The notes under the pieces are model-generated. The model was not told the DNA's origin and did not search any database. It saw nothing but the letters and a program-made list of their open reading frames with translations. The position numbers were made by a program, and so were the translations under genes. A stretch of DNA of 63,802 nucleotides, filler included, from Chrysochromulina tobinii (lineage: Eukaryota): NCBI GenBank assembly GCA_001275005.1. It is 12 parts of 12 records of this genome, joined end to end, with 100 filler letters (N's around TTAATTAATTAA, not from the genome) between each part and the next. Parts side by side here need not be neighbours in the genome. Positions count along the whole stretch, not along the records: positions 1 to 11,914 come from JWZX01000305.1; positions 12,015 to 15,878 come from JWZX01000306.1; positions 15,979 to 24,558 come from JWZX01000307.1; 9 more parts are not named here. The stretch is one strand, 5' to 3'. Within the stretch, counting starts at the first letter, position 1; each line of letters begins with the position of its first letter. Shown here piece by piece: positions 11,356 through 22,977 of this stretch.

Positions 11356-12033
11356 CTCTCCAACAATGTGAGAAGTGTTGTCCGCTTGCTGCCACGCTTA
11401 AAGTGGTGCAGAGGGGCTGGACCTGGAGCGTGGCATCATGAGTGCGGCCGGTCGGGTCGACCGGTCGGGTACGCGGTAGAAACACACGAGAGTTCGGTAG
11501 CAGAGACGGGGTCTTTTGAGACGTTCAGATTGCGTTAAGTGTTGTGGCTTCGCCTTCGCTTCCGCACCACCTTCCGCTTACAGTTACACGTACATGTCGA
11601 GCGCCGTCAGTGCGCGATGGGCGTGGTGCTGATACGGCTGTTTTGTACGCCGGGTACGCATTCCGGAGTACAAGTCAAGTGACACACCGACCACCGTAGC
11701 TACAACGCAAGTGACGTCTCATCAACAGACCAAAGCAGCACATATGAGCCTCGCCCTCTCCGACAGGACACACTCTCATCCCTTTGCCTTCAAAACTAAG
11801 TCACAAGGCCCTCTCACTGGGGGCGTCGCACCGGCATTGGTGGCGGCGGCTTGCCGCGGCCCGCGGGCACCGGCGGCGGCGGCGCGGCCCGCGGCCCTCC
11901 GCGGCCCGCGCCGGNNNNNNNNNNNNNNNNNNNNNNNNNNNNNNNNNNNNNNNNNNNNTTAATTAATTAANNNNNNNNNNNNNNNNNNNNNNNNNNNNNN
12001 NNNNNNNNNNNNNNCACGACGACGTTCGGCGCG

Positions 12034-15000
12034 GTGCCGGCCTGCACGCGCGGCTCTCTCGAGGCCCTCAAGGCGCGCGTCGCGGCCAAGTCGCTCTCCG
12101 ACATGACATCGACGGGCGCCAAGTTGCACCCGACGCTCGATGACATCCAGACGACGCTGATGGTCTCGATCAGCAGCTATCTGGGCTGGCTGCCTGAGAC
12201 CGATGCCTTCAAGGCAAAGAACACCATCGACTTTGCGGGGGCCGCGCACGAGACGGATCCGGCTTCCATGCCGCAGACGTGCTCGTCCACGATGGGCGCC
12301 TCCCTTGTCGCGACGGCCCCGGCCCCTCTTCCCGGTCTGCTGGCGGTGCTCGGTCTGCTCTGCGCCTGTGGGGAGAGGAGCGGGGGGGGCGCCGTGGGGA
12401 GCACTTGCATGCTGGCACTGCTCGGTCTGCTCTGCGCGGTACTGTACGGTGCCGTCCAGGCCTTTGCGGCGCACGGCGCCTCGGCCCTCGCCTCAATCCC
12501 GGGGGCGCCGCTGCCCGAAGGCCGCCGTGCCGTCAGCGCTACCTCTCCCTCGTGCCGACCCTCTGCTCGGCGCGGCTCGGTGGGCCGCTTTGGGTCCGCG
12601 CCTCGGCTCGTCGGCGTGCTCTTCCTCACCCTGGTGGTGGGCTTCGCCAGCCCGCAGACATCACCGTCACCCGAGCCATCCCCATCGCCATCACCCGAGC
12701 ACGACCAGACCTGCACGGAGACGTGCATCTACGCCTTGGATGGTTGGTGCGACGATGGCGGAGCCGGAGCCGTATATTCGGATTGCAGCCTCGGCACCGA
12801 CTGCACCGACTGCGGCCCTCAAATGTCGCCGCCGCCTCCCTCGCCATCTTTGCCCCCGCCCCCGCCATCACCGCCTCCTTCGCCACCATCTCCGCCCTCG
12901 CCACTCTCGCCGCCATCACCACCACCCTCGCCGCCCTCGCGCCCGCCAGCGCAGCCCCCCAGACCGGCTCAGCCTGGCTGGGGTCTTGAGGCACGGAACG
13001 TAGCTGGTCGCCAACGGCGCACCCCTCCACCGCGGGACTATGCACAGGACCTCCGGCCTAACGGCCACCCGACGGCGTTCGCACCGCCCAACTGCTCGGC
13101 GCCAGGGCGCGTGGGCTGCGTCGCCATGCCCAGGCCCGCCCGGGCGAAGCCCGCACCAGGAGTCAGAGCTGCGCTCCTGCCGCCGACGTGCCACTTGAGC
13201 AACGAGACCGGATGCCTGCGCCTGCCCAAGCCAATGGTGAGGACGGGAGGAGAGCTGCTGCCCAGTAGTGAGGTTGTCATCCAGTTTCGCAGCTCCGACC
13301 TGCCCCACGGCAGCACGAACATGGCGATCGCGGACGTGGACGGCGACGGCGACCTCGACGTGCTGCTTGGGAACTCTCCCAGCCAAGTGCTGCTCAACGC
13401 GGGCGATGGCACCTTCCCGACGAGCATCACGCTGCCCGGCGGCGGCGCGTACACGAGCTCGATCGCGGCGGCGGACGTCGACGGCGACGGGGACCTCGAC
13501 GTGCTGCTTGGGAACTATGGCAGTCCCAGCCAAGTGCTGCTCAACGTGGGCGGCGGCACCTTCCCGACGAGCATCACGCTGCCCGGCGGCGGCGCGGACA
13601 CGTTCTCGATCGCGGCGGCGGACGTCGACGGCGACGGCGACCTCGACGTGCTGCTTGGGAACTTGGGCAGTCCCAGCCAAGTGCTGCTCAACGCGGGCGA
13701 TGGCACCTTCCCGACGAGCATCACGCTGCCCGGCGGCGACACGTACACGAGCTCGATCGCGGCGGCGGACATCGACGGCGACGGCGACCTCGACGTGCTG
13801 CTTGGGAACTTGGGCAGTCCCAGCCAAGTGCTGCTCAACGCGGGCGACGGCACCTTCCCGACGAACATCACGCTGCCCGGCGGCGGCGCGGACACGTACA
13901 CGAACTCGATCGCGGCGGCGGACGTCGACGGCGACGGCGACCTCGACGTGCTGCTTGGGAACTCTCAGAGTCCCAGCCAAGTGCTGCTCAACGCGGGCGA
14001 CAGCACCTTCCCGACGAACATCACGCTGCCCGGCGGCGGCGCGTACACGCCCACGTTCTCGATCGCGGCGGCGGACGTCGACGGCGACGGCGACCTCGAC
14101 GTGCTGCTTGGGAACTATGGCAGTCCCAGCCAAGTGCTGCTCAACGCGGGCGACGGTACCTTCCCGACGAACATCACGCTGCCCGGCGGCGGCGCGGACA
14201 CGTACACGAACTCGATCGCGGCGGCGGACGTCGACGGCGACGGCGACCTCGACGTGCTGCTTGGGAACTTGGACACTCCCAGCCGAGTGCTGCTCAACGC
14301 GGGCGGCGGCAGCTTCCCGACGAGCATCGAGCTGCCTGGCGGCAGCGCGCCCACGAGCTCGATCGTGGCGGCGGACGTGGACGGCGACGGCGACCTCGAC
14401 GTACTGCTTGGGAACTGGGGCAGTCCCAGCCAAGTGCTGCTCAACGTGGGCGGCGGCACCTTCCCGACGAGCATCACGCTGCCCGGCGGCGGCGCGAACA
14501 CGTTCTCGATCGCGGCGGCGGACGTCGACGGCGACGGCGACCTCGACGTGCTGCTTGGGAACTCTCAGAGTCCCAGCCGAGTGCTACCCTTCATCCGGTG
14601 CTCCGAACGTGGCACCGCACGCAGCCGCTACGGCAACGGATGCGTTCGCTGTCCAACTCCGTCCACTCGCCGCGACGACATGATCGACGTCTGTTACGAG
14701 TGCGACGAGCACACCCAGCTCGATGCCTCCGGTGCGTGCGTCGCTTGCACGGAGGGCAGCGAGCGCGTCCTCGGCGCAAGCCGGTGCACGCGCTGCCCCG
14801 CGGGCAAGCGCCACGCGGCCACGGGCACCGTCTGCATCCCCTGCTCTCCGGGAGAGTACGTGAACTTCCAGGGCCTCTTTGATCCAACGACGTGCTTGCC
14901 CTGCCTCCCGGGCTCGTACAACCCGACGTCTGGTGCGAGCGCATGCACGCCGTGCCCACCTGCGACGTTCTCGTCAAACTTGCGCGCGGTCGAATGCTCA

Positions 15001-15878
15001 GCGTGCCCTCGCGGCGGCTTCTGCCCTATGGCGGGCGCAGCCGCGCTCAGCCTGACGTTTTCGCCGTGCCCCGCTGGGACCTACAACCCGGACGAGGGAT
15101 CGTCGACAAATACCTCGTGCCGCTCTTGCCCCGCTGGCAAAGCCAACTCCGTGCCCCAATCGACTGCGGCCTCGGCGTGCAGAGCATGCCTTCCCGGGTC
15201 TTTTGCTGCACAAAACGGCTTTGCCATATGCGACCTCTGCCCAGCAGGCAAGTTCACGTCGACGTCGGGCAGCACCGCCTGCCAGCCGTGCACGCCGGGC
15301 TACTACTGCGCCGAGGGCGCAGCCACCCCTGTGCCGTGTCCTCGCGGCAAGTACAACAACCGGACGGGTCTCGAGTATGCCGTTGGTTGCGAGCCGGTCG
15401 GTTTTGGATTTTGGGCTCCGACGGGGAGTGATTTCCCCATCCCGTGCCCGTCGGGCTTCTCGTGCCCTGGGTACTTCAACGACAACGTGACGTTCGGCTC
15501 CCAGCCCCTCATCCTCCCATCGGGCGGCCTGACCCCGGTGGTCGTGGTCGAGACGCAGACAGTCGAGACGGCCACGGGCTCTCTCTCCCTTAGCGCGCCA
15601 CTCTCGTCCTTCTTGAACAACGCGTCCCGTCAGATCCAGTATCGCCAAACCATCGCCGCACAGCTCGGCATTCCGTGGCAGGACCTGCAACTCGACTTTT
15701 CGGCGGCTCCGCCGTCTGCTGGGCGTCGGCTGCAGACGAGCTCCACCATCGTCACGTACACCATCGTTCGGACGGTGACCACGAATCCCGCCACCAGCAT
15801 CGCCACCAGCAACGCGAGCGGTCCACCCGTCGTGGCCCCATCTTTTGCTCTCAACAACCTCGATCCCGCGGTCCTCGG
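12034..15878 (+). CDS. large surface protein with nine FG-GAP/VCBS repeats and Cys-rich TNFR/GCC2-GCC3-like repeats (partial at both contig ends)
   Basis: Nine ADVDGDGDLDVLLGN repeats (about 13320-14580), CxxCPxGxY repeats (14640-15480), CDDGG..C..GTDC.DCG module, RRLQ motif. Confidence 0.85.
13321..14586 (+). repeat. coding tandem repeat, ~145-155 bp x9 (FG-GAP units)
   Basis: Near-identical nucleotide units GACGTCGACGGCGACGGCGACCTCGACGTGCTGCTTGGGAAC. Confidence 0.95.
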
Positions 15879-16661
15879 NNNNNNNNNNNNNNNNNNNNNN
15901 NNNNNNNNNNNNNNNNNNNNNNTTAATTAATTAANNNNNNNNNNNNNNNNNNNNNNNNNNNNNNNNNNNNNNNNNNNNGATGAAATGCAATGAAAATGGA
16001 GAAAATGCATCAGAATGCATTAATATGCATTAGAATGCGTATGTTAAAAAACAACACCACTTTCGTTAAAAAACAACACGTATCCCAGCCCGACACGATA
16101 CTCGAGAGGCAGCAACGAGCCGCCTCTATATACACACCCTACAGTCGCATCAACACTAAGGCCCTCTGTTGCACTCATCGAGACTGCCTCTGTGCCTGAG
16201 TGTATCTTGACATATGCCACCAGCTCCACTCCTCGACCTCCACATGCGGCTCTCCGGCTCTCGCGCGTCGTGCAGCTGCCGGTTTAAAGGAACGCGGTTG
16301 GACATGGAAGTGCACGGCCTTGATGACATTCAAGCATCGAAATTTACGGCGGTCTGTCATTCTACAACGAGTCCTAAAGCTGCACGGACAGACACGGGAT
16401 TGCACGGACTGACACGGGATTGCGCACTGCTTCAACGCGTGAATGCTGCCGGAAAATGCTGCTCCGCGTACGGGGCTCCAGCACGTGCAGCGGTGCAGGA
16501 CGTGCTGCTCGCAAGGTACTTTTATTAGGATCCCCGTATCATATCCAGTTGGCAGGGTACCAGTTGGTAGGGTAGTTTTAGTAGGATCCCCGGTAGTTTA
16601 AGGGTAGTTTTGTCAGGTGCCAGTTGGTAGGGTAGCTTGGTCGAACTTACAAATCTCTCTC

Positions 16662-17510
16662 TCATATCCAGTTTGCCTCGACATGCACTCCAGCCGCGCG
16701 CATCGAAGCCAAAGCACTGTTTAGCTGGTGCTGCCGCTGGAGTGAGACGTTGTACATGTGATCGTGCCGTTCGAGTAGCAGCTGATCAACCAAAGCTAGT
16801 GAGGGTGAGCGCGCCAGGCAACCCAGGAGCTCGTATTCAGACGCCTCCACATCCACCTTGAGCACAACATAGTCTGCCCTTGTGACGGTCTCTTTGAGTA
16901 GCCGATTGAGTGAGAGAGCGCGCACCTCCGTCGCTTGCTTGCTTTCCGCAAGCGAGTCTGACGCTCCTAAACCCACGCGTTTGCGCCACTGGTAATTCAT
17001 TGTATTTCCAGCAAGCGTCTTTGAAGGGCCGTTGAAGCTTAGGGCCTTTGCATCACATTGGTAAATGGCGGTGCGTTGGTGAACTGTGGCGTTTGGATAA
17101 TCGAGACGAAACTGCTCGAGTACCCGGTCGTAGCCATATTTCACGTTCGGCTCAACCAATATTGCTCGGCAATGATGACGACGGAATCCAGCCGCATGCA
17201 GACGTGGCCACGTGTGCCGCGCCATAAGAGCAGCAGCGCGCTTTACCTGCCCTGGGCAGATGCGTTTCTTGAACCACTCCTTCGTGAAGTGGCCACTATC
17301 TGTCAGATTGGCATATCGGCAGGCATCTTCGCCTCTCAGGCCATAGAAAGCAAGTGTGGACTGCACAATCTCAACGCCCAAGTCCATGAAATAGCAAGAC
17401 GGCTGCTGCGCTGATGGAGCCGTTAGCCAGTTTGGGCAGTCAGGAACACATGAGGAGCATGAGGTCGGAACTGGGAGGCAGCCCTCAGTGTTTGCGCTAG
17501 CTACATGCAT
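16662..17510 (-). CDS. FkbM-like SAM-dependent methyltransferase
   Basis: YFMDLG, ILVEPN, VVLKVDVEASEYELL and VDQLLLERH motifs. Confidence 0.65.
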   Translation of the reverse strand: MHVASANTEGCLPVPTSCSSCVPDCPNWLTAPSAQQPSCYFMDLGVEIVQSTLAFYGLRGEDACRYANLTDSGHFTKEWFKKRICPGQVKRAAALMARHTWPRLHAAGFRRHHCRAILVEPNVKYGYDRVLEQFRLDYPNATVHQRTAIYQCDAKALSFNGPSKTLAGNTMNYQWRKRVGLGASDSLAESKQATEVRALSLNRLLKETVTRADYVVLKVDVEASEYELLGCLARSPSLALVDQLLLERHDHMYNVSLQRQHQLNSALASMRAAGVHVEANWI

Positions 17511-18140
17511 GAGACTCGTGCCGAGGCCGAGGACGAAGAGCCGACTTGGGGGCTTCTGTACCGGTACCGGTACTTTCCTGCGCAGCGCACAGTGCTCATA
17601 CAGAACGGTACCCGGTACCGGGCCCGTGTGTGAACGTTAACACGACAGACGCGACAACCGGTGCTACGGCACTGTTACTGCCCGCTCAGAATACACACAC
17701 CTTACATGATCCCATACGAGACACGGAGCATGCGCGCGCTGGCGGCGTTGAGGATGGATTGGGCGTCGGCGGTTTGGATGGCGGTGGAGATGTTGGCAAC
17801 GTGGTGCGTGAGGAAGCTGCGGGGGGACGCGTGTGTGTCCCGTGTGTGTCCCGGCTCCCCCCGGTGTCTTTGAAGGTTTGAACCGGGTACGGTACCGGAT
17901 ATCCCCCAGGAAATCTGCCGCTCGTGGGCTCCACACCGGGGCGATATATCCTGTTGTGGTGAGCGCGGGGGGACCGCGACGAAACTGACTGGCTGACTGA
18001 CTGTTATGAACCCGTATATACATGTATGAACGCGAGGCGCGTGTGTCGTTCTTCACGTGTGAACGTTAACACGACAGACGCGACAGCCGGTGCTACGGCA
18101 CTGTGTGCAGGACCCCGATCGCTGAAAAAAGAACGCGGAA

Positions 18141-18989
18141 ATGGCGGGCGCTGTCCACGCTGTCGCCGCGGTACTGCTCATCGTTATTGCCCATCGTGTC
18201 GCGTCAAGAGCTTGTGATCCCAATCGATACGAGCCGAGCATTGCCTCAGCCCTTCTCGCAGCACCACGAAATGGCAGCGCGGCTGCAGAGGCCTTCATGT
18301 CCGGGTGCAGTCGGAAACCCAGATTGTGGACAGCTTACGATACCAAAAAGTACGTGCAGAACAACTGGCACGCTGGCGAGCCTACGGGTGCTAGCTGCGG
18401 CCATTTGCAGCGCATCGGGCTGTACGGAGACGGCGGAAAGATGCTTTGTGACACAGCGCAACTGCTTCCAATCAAGCAGCCCTGCCGTGTCATCTCGGTT
18501 GGCAGCAATGGCGAGTTCTCCTTTGAGCGCGGGATCCGCGATATAGCCCCACACTGCTCCATCGATGTGTTTGATGGCACGCTCATCAATGAGCGAGCCG
18601 CTTTAGCAGCGAAGCTCCCGTCGTATGTGAAATTCGTTGCGAAGAACGTGGATTCTAGCACGTGGCGGCAGTACCAAGGTGACACTTCCATCCGCATCTT
18701 GAAGATGGACTGTGAGGGCTGCGAGCTTAGAGCTCTTTTGCCCTTTGTTGAAAACGTCTGCGTGGAGCAGCTGCTGCTGGAAACGCATCTGTGCCTTAGA
18801 CCATCGGACGTCGACCGGCGTCGGCGGTCCATATGCGTGGTTTTCGAGAGGAACGTATGTCTTCCGGCGCACTGGTCCGTCGACTGGGCGCGGGTGCAAG
18901 CCGAGCGACCAACGAGCGGTCTAGAAAAGCCGGGAAGCGCCCCGGAAGCATGCCCGGAAGCCGCGCAGCCGCGATCGCGGACGGCCTGA
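18141..18989 (+). CDS. secreted Methyltransf_22/METTL24-like methyltransferase (C-terminus possibly aberrant)
   Basis: Signal/anchor sequence, RIGLYGDGGKMLCD, CRVISVGSNGEFSFE, ILKMDCEGCE, EQLLLETH. Confidence 0.75.
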   Translation: MAGAVHAVAAVLLIVIAHRVASRACDPNRYEPSIASALLAAPRNGSAAAEAFMSGCSRKPRLWTAYDTKKYVQNNWHAGEPTGASCGHLQRIGLYGDGGKMLCDTAQLLPIKQPCRVISVGSNGEFSFERGIRDIAPHCSIDVFDGTLINERAALAAKLPSYVKFVAKNVDSSTWRQYQGDTSIRILKMDCEGCELRALLPFVENVCVEQLLLETHLCLRPSDVDRRRRSICVVFERNVCLPAHWSVDWARVQAERPTSGLEKPGSAPEACPEAAQPRSRTA

Positions 18990-19396
18990 TCGCGCTCTTG
19001 GTCTGATCGAAGATCGCAACGGAGGAGCCATGGGAGGAGCGATCTGTGTGTCGATCTAAGCACTGCACACGGTCAGTCAGTCAGTCAGTCAGTTTCGCCG
19101 CGGTCCCCCCACGCTCACGACCGAACACGACTGTCTACCGATGCGCACAACCGCGCAACACAGTACCGCCTCCCGAAGCAGAACTGTAGTCTACGCAAGT
19201 ACTGAGTACTCGTTCTCTCGGGCTACTCAATTTTGCTAGTGTTACACACGGAGACTTGTCTTTGTGGTACTTGTAGTTCTCGAAAGTTGTGAATCCGATG
19301 GGTCTCGATTCCGACACGTGTCAGCTGTACGGTGTATGCCGTCGCAGCGTCGCTTCGCCGTACCGCTGCCATAGTTCGTGTATCAAGCCCGGCAGC

Positions 19397-19975
19397 TCAG
19401 ACGACGGACGAAGGCATACTCGACACAGGTCCCATCGCCGTATGCAAGATTGGGCTCAACATGGAAGATTTCGTAGAAAACGTCGAGCCCAAGAAACAAG
19501 TCATGAAATCGTCGCACTTGATCTTGAGTGCTTTGATTTCACGCTTTGCAAACACATGCTCAAAACGCTTCCGCTCGGACTCATGATTTGTGCGGGCATG
19601 CCGCTGACGCAATTGTCTGGATGCCTCGGCATCGAAGACATACCCTAGTTCTTGAAACAGCTTCTCGATGTACACATTGCCGTGATTGTTCACGTGCCCC
19701 CGCCCCCATTCTTTCAGGTAGCCCCAACACAAGACGATGCCGCGGCAGTTGTGAACATGGATGTTGCGGACAAAGCTCTGTTCCAGTGGGTTGGGGACGT
19801 GCTCGCCAACTGCGAGGGACACGACCCAGTCCGCCTTTGGCAGTGACAGATTCGCGCTTGATAAGTCGACCCATCGGATGAAATTCTTGGTGACGAACTT
19901 TCTACGCCCTTGTTTCTACGTTCCCTGCGCCGTCGTAGCCGCGGTATTGATGAGCTGGGTCAATAGCCAGCAATC
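19397..19975 (-). pseudogene. disrupted SAM-methyltransferase
   Basis: YRGYDGAGNVE is followed by a stop/frameshift at a small CGTAGAAA duplication (about 19900-19920), then ADWVVSLAVGEHVP...GIVLCWG...GHVNN...Y; no clear N-terminus. Confidence 0.6.
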
Positions 19976-20499
19976 CCCAGCCTTAACCGCATGCTGACGC
20001 TCGTGCCACTAGCAGCCGTGCACCAGCTCAACCTCGAACAGATGCTACGCCTCGTCGACACACACACAGCTCCGGCAGAGGGGTACGAGTACGAGCATGG
20101 ATGGCTAGCAGCGCCGCCAGGTATCAACACCCCCGACTTTGTAGAGCGCGTACAGCTCGCGGACCCGGGCCCAGAGCCCCAGTCCCCAGACGTGGACGCA
20201 GACATGTAGAGAGGGTGCCCAATGGGCCCTCACCTCTGGCCATGGGCTGCTTTCTTAGAGCCCCAGGGCACTTTTTCTTGCCGTAGTTTCTAACATAACG
20301 CTTTCTTAATGGGGGGGAAGACTGTAAGAAGACTGAATGTAACCTCTCTGGATAAATTTGAGAGGTATGAGTGAGGTATGTAGGTTCGCGAAGGCACGAA
20401 GAAAGTCGTTTCGTACGGTGCTACAGTACAGAATTGTACCGGTACCCCGAGTTGGCCGCGGCTTCGGTCGTCGCGCTGACGTGCGGGTTGGTGGGTGAC

Positions 20500-21092
20500 G
20501 GGGGGTTTGTTATCGAATTTGGGGGGGGTTGTTATCAGGATACGTATCCCATGTATCGTGCATGTATCGTGCATGTATCGTGAACGTATCTTGATGTGTC
20601 CCGTTCATATACAACAAGATACATCAGGATACAACAAGATACATTTGCAGATACGTACATCTCTGGATACAATTGAGATACATGTATCTCATTATGTATC
20701 TCTCATGTATCCCGCATGTCTCCTCAATGTATCCTCGAACCTCTGCAGATACATGTATCTCATATGTATCCCGCATGTATCCCGCATGTATCCCACGTGC
20801 AAGACACATATATCCTGATGTATCTGATATGTATCCCAAAATGTATCCCGGATCTTCATGGACTCGTTTGGGATACGTGTAAAATACATGCAAAAAATCA
20901 AGATACATGTATTCTCTTGGAATGTAACAGGGCATTCAAGATACATTTAAGATACATCAGGATACATTAGGGATACATGTATCCTTCAGGAATCAGGATA
21001 CACGCAGGATACATGCAGGTTACATCAGGATACGTTGTTACGTTCTAAATCCTGATTTAACAACCCCCCCCAAACTCGATAACAAACCCCCC
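20500..21092. mobile_element. MITE-like element with 35-bp terminal inverted repeats and GATACAT/ATGTATC filler
   Basis: GGGGGGTTTGTTATCGAATTTGGGGGGGGTTGTTA (20500-20534) is the reverse complement of 21058-21092 with one mismatch; interior is AT-rich GATAC repeats. Confidence 0.8.
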
Positions 21093-21429
21093 CTAACCCC
21101 CGGGGCTGCGGGGGTGAGTCGGCCGCGGATTCGGTCGTCGCGCGGTCGTGCGGGTGGCCGCTTGGGTGGCCGGGTGCATTGGTCTGGGTTGTGCGCGGTT
21201 GGGATGGTTTTGATTAGGTTTTGAGGGATCGTCTGTGTGATCCGACATCCGTGTGCCCGTGTGTGCCCGTGTGTGCCCGTGTGTCCCCGTGTGTCCCCGT
21301 GTGTCCCGTATGTGTCCCGGCTCCCCCGGTGTCTTTTAACCAGTACTTGTCGGCACCCAGATGTTTCACGTAAGTTTAAGGGGTTTGGGCAAGGGTGCAT
21401 GCCTGCAAAGGGCAGGGCGTGTGAACCGC

Positions 21430-22230
21430 ATGCAAGATGCTCCCACCACCCACAAGGCGGAGGTGCTTGATCTAAACGCTGAACCGCACATGGCGACACA
21501 GTATGTGGAAGCGCTGCTCGCCAAACCACCGAAGCCGCCGCACAGCTGTCCACAAGTCACGACGCTGTGGCTGCAGGGCAAGGAGCTCAACGACGAGTGC
21601 GCCGAGGTGCTGGCATACGCGATGCGGCGAGGTGACGTGAAGCACCTCACTGATCTGGTGCTCGGCATCAACAGCATCTCTCCGCGAGGTATGTGCACGA
21701 TCGCTAGTGCAATCTCACAGAGCGCGCTGCCAGCGCTCAGGTCACTGAACCTTCATAGGAACCCCATCCTCGACGAGGGCTTTGCCGCGTTGTGTGCCGT
21801 GGCCAGCCACATTCCCCTGCTGCAGACCGTTGAGCTCATGGAATGCGGCTTGACGGCGGCGGGCGCTTGGGCATTGGCGGCTGCTGCCAAGGCGGGCAAC
21901 ATGCGCAACCTGCAGTCGGCGTACTTGCGCGGCAACCAGCTCGGCGACGTTGGTCTGAAAGCACTGTGCGAGGCACTCGCCGAACCCAAGGTGAATGCGA
22001 GCGCTGTCGAGGGCGCCGGATTTCCGAAGCTGCAGTGCGTGCACTTGAGCGACAACCAGATTGGCGATGATGGGTGCCTCGCTCTGGCCGAGGCCATCGA
22101 GGCTGGGCACGTCGATCACGTCCGCTTGATTCAGATGAGCAACAACGTGCAGACGCGCGACGGCTTCGAGGTTGTCCACGACGCGCTCGAGGAGTTCGAA
22201 AAGAAGAGATTGATCCAGGTGCATTTTTAG
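21430..22230 (+). CDS. leucine-rich repeat protein (ribonuclease-inhibitor-like)
   Basis: Repeated LxxLxLxxNxIxDxGxxxLA units. Confidence 0.85.
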   Translation: MQDAPTTHKAEVLDLNAEPHMATQYVEALLAKPPKPPHSCPQVTTLWLQGKELNDECAEVLAYAMRRGDVKHLTDLVLGINSISPRGMCTIASAISQSALPALRSLNLHRNPILDEGFAALCAVASHIPLLQTVELMECGLTAAGAWALAAAAKAGNMRNLQSAYLRGNQLGDVGLKALCEALAEPKVNASAVEGAGFPKLQCVHLSDNQIGDDGCLALAEAIEAGHVDHVRLIQMSNNVQTRDGFEVVHDALEEFEKKRLIQVHF

Positions 22231-22977
22231 GAGGGATTTTCGTGGGTTCGTGGCATTTTCGTCTCGCCGGTCTCGACTCTCGAGTGACGTGTGTTATGAC
22301 ACCCTGTCCTGTCCGCGTGCGGCGTACGCCGGGTCGTGGGCCGCTGGGCGCGCGGCTCCGCGCGCCCCTGCGAGCCGGTCCGAAGGATTTTTCCTCTGAC
22401 GTCTCACAGTCGTACGTGAGTCGGGGGCTGTTTGTCTATATAACACTCTCTGCGCACTCCGCGCGTACGACGATCTAACGTGTACTCACTACTACTCAAG
22501 TAGTCACTCTTTTCCACGCGAGCTGGACAGCCCGTCAGAGCTGGGAGAGCTCTCCGCGTGCTGGAGGGTCGCAGGCACAGCAGTCGGAAGTCGCGTGAGA
22601 ATCTGCGTTCTCCGATGACGAACCACAGGCGGGCAGGAAACCTATCCAAAGCAAGCAAGCTATAATTAGTCGAAGCTTGCTTGCTTGCTTGCTTGCTTGT
22701 TTGCTTGCAGGCTTGCAAACCTCACGTATTCAGTTTTAAGAGCTTGCGCGAAAATTTGGTCGCATTTTGACGGAACGTGCGTTTCGGCAACGTGTGAGGT
22801 TCGGCAATGAGTGTGCATCTCTTCGTCATTTTGAGGTCAACCGCTCCACGTCACGGAAAAATTAAGGCCATGGGAGATGGGCTTCGAGCCTTGCTCAACA
22901 CCACGTGGGATCGCGAACGTACGCTCGGCCTGAAGGCGGGTGGGAGTGGGCTGGAATAACAAGCCATCCTTAGGCTC

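Noticed and set aside
11915..12013. N-run + TTAATTAATTAA + N-run, repeated about 12 times in the window
   Set aside because: Artificial contig linker with stops in all frames; not biological, and no synteny can be inferred across it.
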